A stretch of DNA of 64,000 nt from Mustelus asterias (GCF_964213995.1 NC_135806.1:53382001-53446000); one strand, 5' to 3'; shown: positions 51,727 to 62,588, counted from the stretch's first letter. Numbers and translations are program-made. Notes: a model not told the origin generated them from the letters alone.

Positions 51727-51950
51727 TGATGCACCATCAATTCACGAGAACTATGGCGAGTGTGAAATAAAACAGGCTTTTAATCACAAAGAACTGGAAC
51801 ACACCCTTGTAGCTAGCCTGATCCAGACTGAGGCAGAGGGGAGGAACCGTTACCTTTATACCTCGATCAGGTGGAAAGGGAAGAGTCTCAGGTCAGGCGC
51901 AGCAGGGGTGTGTCCAGGCATATAATACATAGTTACAGTGGGTCACCACA
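51727..51950 (-). mobile_element. Solo LTR of the same Gypsy group
   Basis: Minus strand TGTGGTGA...GCATCA with TATAAA and ATTAAAAGCC; 5-bp TSD GTCTT at 51722-51726 and 51951-51955. Confidence 0.85.
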
Positions 51951-54149
51951 GTCTTGTATGTTATGAGGTCAAGATATACTTTGGTGAATCTATAGGTTGC
52001 ATCAATTTAGCAAAAGGTATCCTTTCCCCCTCTCTCCCACAAAGGTTTGTAGCACGAGTCAATTTCGCTTACCTTTAGCAAGTTACTGGGAACAACAGTG
52101 CCAATGTGCAAGTGTTTTTTTTTCATTGTTCCCACTTACTAGTAACTGAAAGAAGTTTGTCCCTATTATACCTAAATTCTAATGTTCCAATCAAAAACAC
52201 GCCAATTTAGATGACGTGCAAGAGGCTCAACCCGTTGCCTCGGTTTTGACTAGTACTGTAACTTGCTTTAGCAAAAAAATAGAGTTGCGGTTGCCTTCAG
52301 AGGGGCCACACCATCAACAGCTCTCATCAATTCTGACTTCAACGCAAATGCTCTAATTAAATGCCAAGACCTCCCTCCAATATGCTAATCTATTGCCAGA
52401 TTTTGTGGACTGTAAAACAGCCCATTGAACCGCGTTGAATGCTCCTTCCATGGTCAACAAGTCCTGGCAGTGGACTCAAACCCAGAGCTTTAACTGCCCC
52501 AGTTTGCCACGAGTACCTCGGTGCTTAAATACACCACATAGGAATGAATCACATTCAGTTGGTTCAGATTTTGACCAAGACAGCTAAGCATGCTACAATA
52601 GGTTTTGGTGTCCTTGGTTTCGGCATCCTTAGTTTTGGCACGGAATACTTGGACCCACAGATTATTTTATACATGAAAGTTTCAGCATAGTCTGAACATC
52701 TTCAACATGAAACTTAAACTCTTGAACAGGGAAGCGTCTACCCAAATAAAATCCTCAAGTACAAGACTGGAACTGTAGCATGGTTTTAAATTATTTCGTA
52801 AACATTTACAGGTTTTCCATCTGGGAAATTAAGTATTTAAATGAGAGCTTGCCCTTGCATACACGTCTAATGTAAAAATTAACTTCAAGTTGATGTTCCT
52901 GTCAAATTGTCCTGCTCCAATCCATTTAGAACTCATGAACGCTATACTTAACCGGATCATGCTGAGGTGGCAGAGAAGATGGAGGTCATAAAACTGAAAA
53001 GTAATGGCTTGGGTAACCAGTGTGGATTGATCATTCTAGCATTACAGCACTAATTTCAATATTAATGAGGGAACAAAATTGCCACATGTAGGAAAATCCT
53101 CAAAGACAAGACAAGAATGGAAATGCTCAGCCAGGACTTTTAAAGTTAACGTATTAACTGTTTGCCTGTTTTAAAAGAAATCATAAAAGAGAAACAGCCT
53201 GCTTATTAAGTAACTTGGATTTATATATTTTTTTCTATTCATGCGTGGGACATAGGCGTCATTGGCTGGCCGGTGTTTATTGCCCATCCCTAGTTGCCTT
53301 CGAGAAGGTGGTGGTGAGCCACCTTCTTGAATCGCTGCGGTCCATGTGCTGTGGGTTGACCCACAATGCCGTTAGGGGGCGCTATTTCTTCGTAAGAGAG
53401 AAAATTGTAAATTATAGACACACTGGGGGCCGTCATTTTGTTTTACATTTGCCCTTATTTCCAAACTAATCATACATACTTTAAAAATATTTTCCCAACA
53501 ATCTTGAACAACCAACTCAAATTTTGATCTGCATTCAAGGCGGCTAGGAACCACTTTGCCACACCAGCATGCAGGTCTGATCAATCAGTAGTTTTGCCAT
53601 TTAGAATTTCTGCTTTCATTTCAAACTGCTCTCTCACCTGGAGCTTTGCAGCTTCTTTATAAACTGCATTCCCAAGTTCTATTTGGAAGCATTAAAGCAG
53701 GAACAGGACAAAAGCAAAAGGGAAAAGTGCTAACATATTGAAGCATCCAAAAGGCAAGGTTGAGAACAGACAGAGGGTATTGAGTGGCTGCAGTTTTTGG
53801 GTTGAGCAGCAAGTCTGCAGCAAGACAGTGACCACAAGGACTCATTGGCCTTCCCATCAGTCTGCAGAGCCGCACAGATTGAGCAGCTCCCAATTTTGGA
53901 CTCAAGCTGTTATCCCCGTTCCGCTCCACAGATATTGCCAGACCTGCTGAGTTTTGCCAGCGTTTTCTGTCTTTATTTTGGAGAAACGGAGCATGCCGAG
54001 ATATCTACCATCACTCGCCAAAGTGGCTGAAAGAAATGGAATCACCATCAGAAGAGATAACAAATGGCAGAGTAGTGGGCAGAGGAGACGCAGCTGCTGA
54101 GTGGGTGGATCCGGCAATGGGGCAAAAATGAACAGCCCACCGATTCAAT

Positions 54150-54960
54150 AGGCCGGTGAAGAGAGTAGCCCCCTGTAGACCGGGTCGTCATGTGACTGAG
54201 ACACATGATGTTACAACTAAGGTCAGGAACAGAGAGTCACTATATTGGCCCTGTATGCAAGCTGACATTGAGAGCGCAGGATCGGTGTGTATGGCAGCAG
54301 ACATTTTTGAATGGATCAGCAAGCAACACTCAATATTGGTGGATTCGCACTCAGGATGGTTCGAACTGGACTGTTTGTCAAGTACAACCAGCAGTCTGGT
54401 AATTGTGAAACTCCAGACACTTTGCTACACTTGACATTCTGCAAAAGCTCATTCCGGCGATGCCCGCCAGCTTGTCTCTGTATCTTTGCTTCCACTTGGG
54501 ATTTTCATCATGTAACAAGCAGCCCTCTATTTCCACAGTCCAATGGGTTCACAGAGAGCTGTACGCTCCAACAATCATCTTCTGGAAATGTGTGCACGGG
54601 ATGACACTGATTTCTATGCTGCATTTCTAAGCCCAAGTAATCTTCCGCGACAGGATCTGCTCTCCTCAGCTCAACAGCTTTTTAGACACACCAGGACCAT
54701 GATCCCGACTGCCAAGGCCATGCTGCAGCCAGAACTTGTACCCAACAGGCTTGAAACACTGCCCAAGCACAGATTGAACAACAAGGTGCACTATGACAAA
54801 CATGCCCGCACTCTAGGTCCTGTAGCACCAGGCCAAATGGTCCATTTGCAAACCACAGACTACAACCACTTAGCAGTTGTCAACCACAAAGGCCCTGCAG
54901 CCCAAACAGCGACATAGCGGCCAGCAATCACTGACACCTGTTGCCAATTGCCAGTAGCCG
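54150..54960 (+). mobile_element. Degraded Gypsy integrase fragment, same family as 24292-29270
   Basis: ESLYWPCMQADIE, VDSHSGWFELDCL, SSPLFPQSNG. Confidence 0.75.
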
Positions 54961-55136
54961 AGCCACTATTGGCAGCTGATTACTCGGACCAACCACTCTC
55001 GCACTGGCCTCAGGCCCCACACACCTCCCCACACACAATGGACACACAGCCTACGCACCAACTGCTGGAACTAAATTGATGCTTGATTGTTTCCACAGAC
55101 GTTTGTACACTCACCAGGCTGGATCCAGGTTTATAC

Positions 55137-55357
55137 TTGATTACCTGTAAAGGCTCGCATTCCAACCATTATTTTGTAAATTGAGTTTGTGTCTTTATAT
55201 GCCCTGCTTGTGAATAGAACTCCCACTCACCTGACGAAGGAGCAGCAAGCGCTCCAAAAGCTAGTGGCTTGTGCTACCAAATAAACCTGTTGGACTTTAA
55301 CCTGGCGCTGTGAGACTTCTTACTGTGTTTACCCCAGCCCAACGCCAGCATCTCCAC
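55137..55357 (+). mobile_element. Penelope family 1 pLTR with mutated hammerhead
   Basis: CTGACGA-A-GGAGC..GCTCC-AAAA (G12 lost); direct repeat atccaggtttatac at 55123-55136 and 55358-55371. Confidence 0.85.
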
Positions 55358-56185
55358 ATCCAGGTTTATACAACAGAGTCCAGCACAACTGTTGCAAGCG
55401 ACACAGTAGGTGCAGCAGTTCCCCGGAGTTCAGTCACCCTGCAGGGAGGGAGACAGAGGCTCTCAGCGCTGACACACATGCAGAGATACAACTCTCTTTT
55501 TTCTCCCACTGCCAGCAAAGTTGAGGACAGCCAGCAAGCTGCAAGGGGAAGCACTGATGATCTTGCCTCAGGTTGAAGCTCAAAAAGTTCCAAATAAAAC
55601 ACAGCAAGGCTGCTGCAAGTTGTAAAAAGTCGCATTGAAAATTACCCTAGTTACCATAATTTCCCAGTGTCCATGGTTTCAGATTGCCTCATGTATATTT
55701 TACTGTCCAGGTTATTTGGGTCACTCAATAGATATCTAATCCTTTTCCAGTGTCACTTACACAGGTTTCACTGCTTAACTACTTCGCCAGAAATCAATTA
55801 TTCTTTTCCTACTTTACGAACATGGTTATGAAATACAGCAACCATTCACTGGAAAACTCTATTGCATTGTTCTATTTGTGAATATGGTTCATGTTGGCTT
55901 GTACTTGTTTACAATACTAATATTCATTTTCCCTCATTTCTTTCCAATCCTCTCAAATTTAGCTTCCCCGCTGTTAAAATGCACTTTCCTCGAATACCAC
56001 TGACCGTAACCCACAGAATTTGAACTTGGAAATAATTTTTTTTTTTAGAACCATCATCATGGGCTGAGGGGCCATGCTGTCCAGCATGGACAAGTGAAGT
56101 AATTCTCTCATTTGGTTAATTAGTCAGTCATTCTTTTACAGCATAGAAGCAATCCAGTCAGTCTCATTCTCTAGATTGATCCGTG

Positions 56186-56480
56186 GGCACCGGGGGTGGC
56201 ACTGTGGTCAGCACTGCTGCCTCACAGTGCCAGGGACCTGGGTTCGATTCCCGGCTTGGGTCACTGTCTGTGCAGAGTCCGCATGTTCTCCCTAGTGTTT
56301 GCGTGGGATTTCCTCCGGGTGCTCCAGTTTCTTCCCACAGCACGAAAGACGGGCTGGATAGGTGCATTGACCATGCTAAATTCTCCCTCTGTGTACCCGA
56401 ACAGGAGCCGGAGTGTGGTAACGAGGGGATTTTCACAGTAACTGTGTTAATGGAAGCCTACTTGTGACAATAATAAACTT
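56186..56480 (+). mobile_element. HE1-type V-SINE with Rex1-like tail
   Basis: A and B boxes (tggtcagc, ggttcgattcc), V domain, tail cctacttgtgacaataataaa. Confidence 0.85.
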
Positions 56481-57118
56481 TTTTAAAAAGCTTAAAACTT
56501 GAACTGTCGTCCTGAAGATTTATTCCCTTCAAGGCCCATCCAACTTCTTTCGGAATTCCAATCGAGAAGGTTACATTCACACACATTTTAAGAACAGAAG
56601 CCATGCACCAGCCGTGACCAACAATTACAAATCCCACCCAGAGATATTTCTACTTTGAGCAGTGTTGTGAAAGGCAGCAACTTATTCACTGGAAAACTCG
56701 ACAACATTACAGCATATGACACTGTTCCATTTACAAATGCAATTTATTTTGGCTTGTATCTGTTTACAACACCGTTACGGACAAGAGCGACAGGCAAACT
56801 GCACTGATTGCTTCTCACCACCCGTCCGTAAGCAGAAGCCGTTTTGTAATAATTTTAAGCACGCTTGGCATGGTTTTCCAATCCCTGTGTGAGAGAGATC
56901 TCATTTACTAATAGCCCACGGGAGACTCACGTTACGATTAATGCAGAAGATTAGTGTGGTGAACCATCGTTGGTTACCACTGGGGGTTGTTATTATGTTA
57001 CTGTTGGGCTAGGGTGTTGTTACTGTGGGGGTTGTACAATGTTGTTGGGTTAGGGTGTTTACCTGTTATAAGTGTTATCATGGCACATTCCAGTGGGGCC
57101 CCGCCTCCGGTGGCGAGG

Positions 57119-57200
57119 TATAAGACCCTCTGCTCCAGCAGGACCCCTTCAGTCTGAACTGGTGTATTCGTGTTAGTAGTTCCATTGTTACACAATAAAA
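57119..57200 (+). promoter_or_regulatory. LTR TATA box, initiator and poly(A) signal
   Basis: TATAAGA at 57119, TCAGTCT initiator at 57149-57155 (about 30 nt downstream), AATAAA at 57194-57199. Confidence 0.6.
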
Positions 57201-57295
57201 GCCTTCAATATCGAAGCCTTGGTTCCACGTGCTTGATTGTCGCGCATCAATTTTATTGTGTAACAGAAAACTCTCAGCTGTACAAAAAAAAGAGT

Positions 57296-58162
57296 ATGGA
57301 ACAGATCTTAAAACCAGATCGTCTGGCGCTGGACCCATGTGCGGTCGGTGCCGCTAACACCTTCGACCACTGGTGGAAGTGTTTCGAAGACTACCTGGCT
57401 GCCTCTGTAGCTATCACTACAGACAGTGACAAACTCCAAGTCCTCCATGCAAGGGTAAGCGACACGATTTATCTCACGATTCGTGCGGCTCCCACTTACC
57501 CGAGGGCCGTCGAGCTCCTGAAGAAACGATACACGAAACCACCCAACGAGATACACGCTCGTTACCTCCTCGCGACACGACGTCGGCAGTCGGGCGAAAC
57601 CATGGAGGACTACGCCAATGAGCTCCTGCAGCTTGCCAGGGGTTGCGATTGTAAAGACGTATCAGCCGAACAATATATGTACGACCTCGCCCGAGACGCG
57701 TTCGTAGCAGGGGTAGGGTCCTCGTACATCAGGCTTAAATTGCTGGAAAGGGGGAACCTCGACTTGACCCAAGCGATGGAGATGGCTGAGATGCTGGAAG
57801 CGGCGTCGAAAAGCTTGGCGCTGTACCCCGAGGACCACGTGCAGTCAACGTGGCAGGAGCAAGCTCAGCTCCCTCCTCGCCCCGCTAACCCGCGCTCCCA
57901 GATCGATCCAACGACGGCGGCAGCTCCAGGTGGCCAGCGATGCTATTTTTGTGGTGGGGCCAAGCATCCACGGCAACAGTGTCCGGCAAGAACGGCTATC
58001 TGCAGCCAGTGCGGTAAAAAAGGCCACTACGGTAAAGTCTGCAGGTCGAAGTCTAAAAACGGCAGTGCAGCTTGTAACCCTCCAGAACGGAGACAATCTC
58101 CTTCGGCGTCGCAGTACCCACGAGGTCCGACCACGTGCGAACCCAGGACGGCGCCATCGTGA
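57296..58162 (+). CDS. gag: Gag with two CCHC zinc knuckles
   Basis: ATG at 57296 (MEQILKPD, shared with the 37096 element); CYFCGGAKHPRQQC and CSQCGKKGHYGKVC. Confidence 0.92.
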   Translation: MEQILKPDRLALDPCAVGAANTFDHWWKCFEDYLAASVAITTDSDKLQVLHARVSDTIYLTIRAAPTYPRAVELLKKRYTKPPNEIHARYLLATRRRQSGETMEDYANELLQLARGCDCKDVSAEQYMYDLARDAFVAGVGSSYIRLKLLERGNLDLTQAMEMAEMLEAASKSLALYPEDHVQSTWQEQAQLPPRPANPRSQIDPTTAAAPGGQRCYFCGGAKHPRQQCPARTAICSQCGKKGHYGKVCRSKSKNGSAACNPPERRQSPSASQYPRGPTTCEPRTAPS

Positions 58163-61100
58163 CTGACGGAGGAGGAGGAAGACCACCAGGAGTCGCTGCG
58201 TTTGGCGCCCTCGCCCACGTGCGATTCATGGGGGCGGCCATCATGGTCCACGACGACTAGGAGCGACCAGCAGGGGTCCTCAGCATCAACATCGGCAGCA
58301 TGCAGTGACGCCCAGGGGCCAACGGTGGCGTCGATCTCCCTGGACCAGACTAAGCACCACAGGCTTGAGAATTCCATGATGGATATAAAGGTAAATGGTC
58401 GAACTGTGAATTGTCTGTTTGACAGTGGGAGCACCGAAAGTTTCATACACCCTGAAACTGCTAAACGGTGTGGACTCCGGGTTCTCCCTGCCAAGCAGAC
58501 AATTTCCATGGCATCACGGTCCCGGTCTGTACCGATCCAAGGACGATGTATGGTAACTCTTGAGGTACAGGGCACAATTTACGAGCAATACAGGCTCCTT
58601 GTGTTACCTCACCTTTGTGCGCCAATTCTCCTCGGACTAAATTTTATGGTCCACATGAAGAGTGTGATCCTACAGTACGGTGGGCCACTCCCTTCACTGG
58701 CAGTAGGGAATCAGCCGCAGCCTCCAAATTGCCCAAAGCGCCCCGCATGCAATCTTTCCACTCTGAAAATCACTACACCATCCCTCTTTAAGAATCTGGT
58801 ACCAGGCTGCAAGCCCATCGCTACTAAAAGTAGGCGTTACAGCGCTGAGGACCGGATCTTTATTAGATCTGAGGTTCAGCGGCTCCTCAAGGAAGGGATC
58901 ATACAGGCCAGTGCTAGTCCGTGGAGAGCGCAGGTCGTGGTAGTCAAAAGCGGGAACAAACCTCGGATGGTCATCGACTATAGTCAGACCATTAATCGTT
59001 ATACGCAGCTGGATGCGTATCCTCTCCCGCGCATTTCTGATATGGTCAATCAGATTGCGCAGTACCGAGTGTTCTCTACCATAGACCTTAAGTCCGCCTA
59101 CCATCAACTCCCCATCCGCCCAGAGGACCGACAATATACGGCTTTTGAGGCGGATGGTCGTCTATACCAATTCCTCAGGGTTCCATTTGGTGTCACCAAT
59201 GGGGTCTCGGTCTTCCAGCGTGCTATGGACCGAATGGTGGACCAGAACGGGTTGCGGGCTACCTTCCCGTACCTGGATAACGTCACCATCTGCGGCCATG
59301 ACCAGCAGGACCACGACACGAATCTCCAACACTTTCTGCGCACTGCATCTCGCCTGAACCTGACCTATAACAGGGAGAAGTGCGTATTCCGTACGCGCAG
59401 GTTAGCCATCCTCGGATACGTGGTGGAAAACGGGGTCATTGGCCCTGATCCAGACCGTATGCGCCCCCTTACTGAACTTCCCTTGCCCGCTAGCACGAAA
59501 GCACTGAGGAGATGCCTCGGATTCTTTTCGTACTATGCGCAGTGGGTCCCCAACTACGCGGACAAAGCTCGTCCGCTCATCAAGTCCACGACCTTCCCAC
59601 TTACGCCGGAGGCCCAATTGGTCTTCAAGGCTTTGAAAAGCGACATCTCGAAAGCCACGATGCACGCGGTGGATGAATCCATCCCTTTCCAGGTGGAGAG
59701 TGATGCATCTGATTTCGCCCTAGCCGCCACACTAAACCAGGCAGGCAGGCCCGTCGCGTTCTTTTCCCGCACCCTTCAAGGCCCAGAAATTCGGCACTCA
59801 GCGGTGGAGAAGGAGGCTCAGGCCATTGTGGAGGCAGTCAGACACTGGCGCCATTACCTGGCAGGGAAGCGGTTCACCCTGATCACGGATCAACGATCCG
59901 TGGCGTTTATGTTCAACACGCAGAGGGGCAAGATCAAGAACGATAAGATCTTGCGGTGGAGAATTGAGCTCTCCACCTATAATTACGATATTATGTATCG
60001 TCCAGGGAAGCTCAATGAGCCCTCGGATGCCCTCTCGCGCGGAACATGCGCCATCATGCAGGAGGACCGCTTGAAGGCCCTCCACAATGATCTGTGTCAT
60101 CCTGGAGTCACCAGACTCTACCATTTCGTCAAAGCCCGCAACCTGCCTTACTCGGTGGAGGATGTCAGGTCAGTGACGAGAAGCTGTCGGATTTGCGCAG
60201 AATGCAAACCACACTTTTATCGACCAGACCGGGCACAATTGGTCAAGGCCACTCGCCCTTTTGAGAGGCTGAGTGTGGATTTTAAGGGCCCCCTTCCCTC
60301 AACGGACCGGAACGTCTATTTCCTCAACATAATAGACGAGTACTCCCGGTTCCCGTTTGTTGTCCCCTGTGCGGACACGTCGACTGCCACCGTCATCAAG
60401 GCATTCAGTGAGCTTTTTACCCTGTTCGGGTACCCCTGCTACATTCATAGCGACAGGGGCTCGTCGTTCATGAGCAACGACTTGAGGCAATTCCTGCTCT
60501 CATTCGGGATTGCCTCTAGTAGAACCACGAGCTACAACCCTAGGGGTAACGGACAGGTGGAAAGGGAGAATGCTACAGTCTGGAAGGCTGTCCTACTGGC
60601 ACTGAAATCCAGGGGCCTTCCAGTCTCCCGTTGGCAGGAGGTCCTTCCAAATGCGCTCCATTCTATCCGCTCCCTCCTGTGTACGGCAACCAATGCTACT
60701 CCCCACGAGAGGATGTTCTCATTCCCTCGGAAGTCGTCCTCGGGGATCTCATTGCCAGCCTGGTTGACGTACCCAGGACCCGTCCTTCTGCGGCGCCATG
60801 TGAGGGCTCGCAGGTCCGACCCCTTGGTCGAACCGGTCCAACTCCTCCACGCCAACCCTCAGTATGCCTATGTGGCATATCCTGACGGGCGAGAGGACAC
60901 TGTCTCCATTAGAGACCTGGCGCCCGCAGGGGACGTAGCAACTCCTGTCGCTCCTATTCCCCCAGTCACGAATCCACTACTCCTCATTGCTTCCCCAGAC
61001 GTGGCGCGGTCAGCACCGGGACCAGTGCATAACAGTTCTACTCCCATGTACAGCTTGCCTGAGACTCGGAGATCGGCGCCACCACCGAAGGTTCCAGGAT

Positions 61101-61267
61101 CCCCTGCACCATCGCCTCACCAGGGCCAACCGGCCCGGGAGTCCTTGAGGGGACAGCCGGACGTTGTTTTGGAGAGAACGCCACCGCAAGCACCTGCTCC
61201 GGTTTCGCAACCGGTGTTGAGGAGATCACAGCGTCGGTGCGGTCCTCCAGACCGTCTGGACTTGTGA
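58163..61267 (+). CDS. pol: Pol (protease, RT, RNase H, integrase), in frame with gag
   Basis: LFDSGS; YPLP..DLKSAYHQ..PFG..YLDN; SDASD/EKE/TDQ; HHCC zinc finger and D,D,E core (SVDFKG, SDRG, ERE). Confidence 0.93.
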   Translation: MTEEEEDHQESLRLAPSPTCDSWGRPSWSTTTRSDQQGSSASTSAACSDAQGPTVASISLDQTKHHRLENSMMDIKVNGRTVNCLFDSGSTESFIHPETAKRCGLRVLPAKQTISMASRSRSVPIQGRCMVTLEVQGTIYEQYRLLVLPHLCAPILLGLNFMVHMKSVILQYGGPLPSLAVGNQPQPPNCPKRPACNLSTLKITTPSLFKNLVPGCKPIATKSRRYSAEDRIFIRSEVQRLLKEGIIQASASPWRAQVVVVKSGNKPRMVIDYSQTINRYTQLDAYPLPRISDMVNQIAQYRVFSTIDLKSAYHQLPIRPEDRQYTAFEADGRLYQFLRVPFGVTNGVSVFQRAMDRMVDQNGLRATFPYLDNVTICGHDQQDHDTNLQHFLRTASRLNLTYNREKCVFRTRRLAILGYVVENGVIGPDPDRMRPLTELPLPASTKALRRCLGFFSYYAQWVPNYADKARPLIKSTTFPLTPEAQLVFKALKSDISKATMHAVDESIPFQVESDASDFALAATLNQAGRPVAFFSRTLQGPEIRHSAVEKEAQAIVEAVRHWRHYLAGKRFTLITDQRSVAFMFNTQRGKIKNDKILRWRIELSTYNYDIMYRPGKLNEPSDALSRGTCAIMQEDRLKALHNDLCHPGVTRLYHFVKARNLPYSVEDVRSVTRSCRICAECKPHFYRPDRAQLVKATRPFERLSVDFKGPLPSTDRNVYFLNIIDEYSRFPFVVPCADTSTATVIKAFSELFTLFGYPCYIHSDRGSSFMSNDLRQFLLSFGIASSRTTSYNPRGNGQVERENATVWKAVLLALKSRGLPVSRWQEVLPNALHSIRSLLCTATNATPHERMFSFPRKSSSGISLPAWLTYPGPVLLRRHVRARRSDPLVEPVQLLHANPQYAYVAYPDGREDTVSIRDLAPAGDVATPVAPIPPVTNPLLLIASPDVARSAPGPVHNSSTPMYSLPETRRSAPPPKVPGSPAPSPHQGQPARESLRGQPDVVLERTPPQAPAPVSQPVLRRSQRRCGPPDRLDL

Positions 61268-61909
61268 ATTCTGTATATATGACCTGTTTTTTTCTTGCAC
61301 CCCGCCGCCTTTTGTTTTTAAAGGAGGGGTGAATGTGGTGAACCATCGTTGGTTACCACTGGGGGTTGTTATTATGTTACTGTTGGGCTAGGGTGTTGTT
61401 ACTGTGGGGGTTGTACAATGTTGTTGGGTTAGGGTGTTTACCTGTTATAAGTGTTATCATGGCACATTCCAGTGGGGCCCCGCCTCCGGTGGCGAGGTAT
61501 AAGACCCTCTGCTCCGGCAGGACCCCTTCAGTCTGAACTGGTGTATTCGTGTTAGTAGTTCCATTGTTACACAATAAAAGCCTTCAATATCGAAGCCTTG
61601 GTTCCACGTGCTTGATTGTCGCGCATCAATTAGTTCACTTCACATTCGAAACCCAGGGGGAGAGACACACAATACTACACTGTGGAAGTGATAAAGGAGT
61701 TGTGCAACTGGTAACAGTACATGGGCCACAGAAATCACACTTAATTCGCATGATTTCCAGAGTCAGAATCGAAATGAGGGATTCTTTCACAGAGGTGTTT
61801 GAGTTCAGCTGGTTGAAGCCATTCTTTTTGTAGATGGTGCGGATACTGCCAATGAAGTAGGTACAAAGGGACTGGGCTGGTTCTGCAGGCAATGGTAGGA
61901 TATCTCCAA

Positions 61910-62118
61910 GTAAGAAGTCCCACAACACCAGGTTAAAGTCCAACAGGTTTATTTGGTAGCAAAAGCCACTAGCTTTCGGAGCGCTGCTCTTTCTCCTGAA
62001 GGAGCAGTGCTCCGAAAGCTAGTGGCTTTTGCTACCAAATAAACCTTTTGGACTTTAGCCTGGTGTTGTGAGACTTCTTACTGTGTTTATCCCAGTCCAA
62101 CGCTGGCATCTCCACATC
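61910..62118. mobile_element. Penelope family 1 fold-back insertion
   Basis: About 80-bp inverted arms (61910-61990 and 62000-62081); both hammerhead cores truncated; flanked by aggatatct(t)cca. Confidence 0.85.
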
Positions 62119-62500
62119 AGGATATCTTCCAGCAGGGACAGGCATGGAGAAGCTGAGACATGGTAACTGGCTGCTTGCTAAACCAGATGTCCTTTCTGGT
62201 CGATACTAAAGCAACTGACTGAGTTTTTCCCAGTTCTAAAAGGCATGTAGAGGTTTCAAACTGGCCATTCTAATTCTTCACAATGACTTCCAAAAGGGAT
62301 GTTTATTAGTGTCTGGAACTGGCTTTGATTTCAGGACTGAATGTCCCAGTTGTCAGCTGTGTAAAGTTACTATCCACTTTGAAAGTCTGGTGATGGGACG
62401 CCGTGATGTAGGCTGACCCTCTGACTCCAAGGGTGAACTTATCAGATGCAAAATACATCCCTTGGTTCCCTTTAAATGGACCTGGACAGTCCCAGGTGAG

Positions 62501-62588
62501 GCAAAGCTGGAAACTCTCAGGTCTGACAGCATCTGTAGAGAGAGAGAACAGAGCCAATGTTTCAGGTCTGGATATCTTTGTCAGAGCT
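62501..62588 (-). mobile_element. Penelope family 2 fragment, degenerate hammerhead
   Basis: Minus strand gagct-CTGACAA...GAAA-ca-tt-ggctc; 14-bp direct repeat cagtcccaggtgag at 62487-62500 and 62589-62602. Confidence 0.75.

Larger units (their letters stand above)
56955..61628 (+). mobile_element. Full-length, very young Gypsy/Metaviridae LTR retrotransposon
   Basis: 295-bp LTRs at 56955-57249 and 61334-61628 (TG..CA, one difference seen). TSD ATTAG; PPT aaaggaggggtgaa at 61320-61333; order gag-PR-RT-RH-IN; no env. Confidence 0.97.

Noticed and set aside
57170-57295. Upstream extension of gag in the ORF track
   Set aside because: It runs through LTR and PBS sequence; the ATG shared with the sister element is at 57296.
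61000-61333. env gene or chromodomain after integrase
   Set aside because: Only a Pro-rich tail ending RRSQR..PPDRLDL and a short UTR before the PPT; no room or motif for either.
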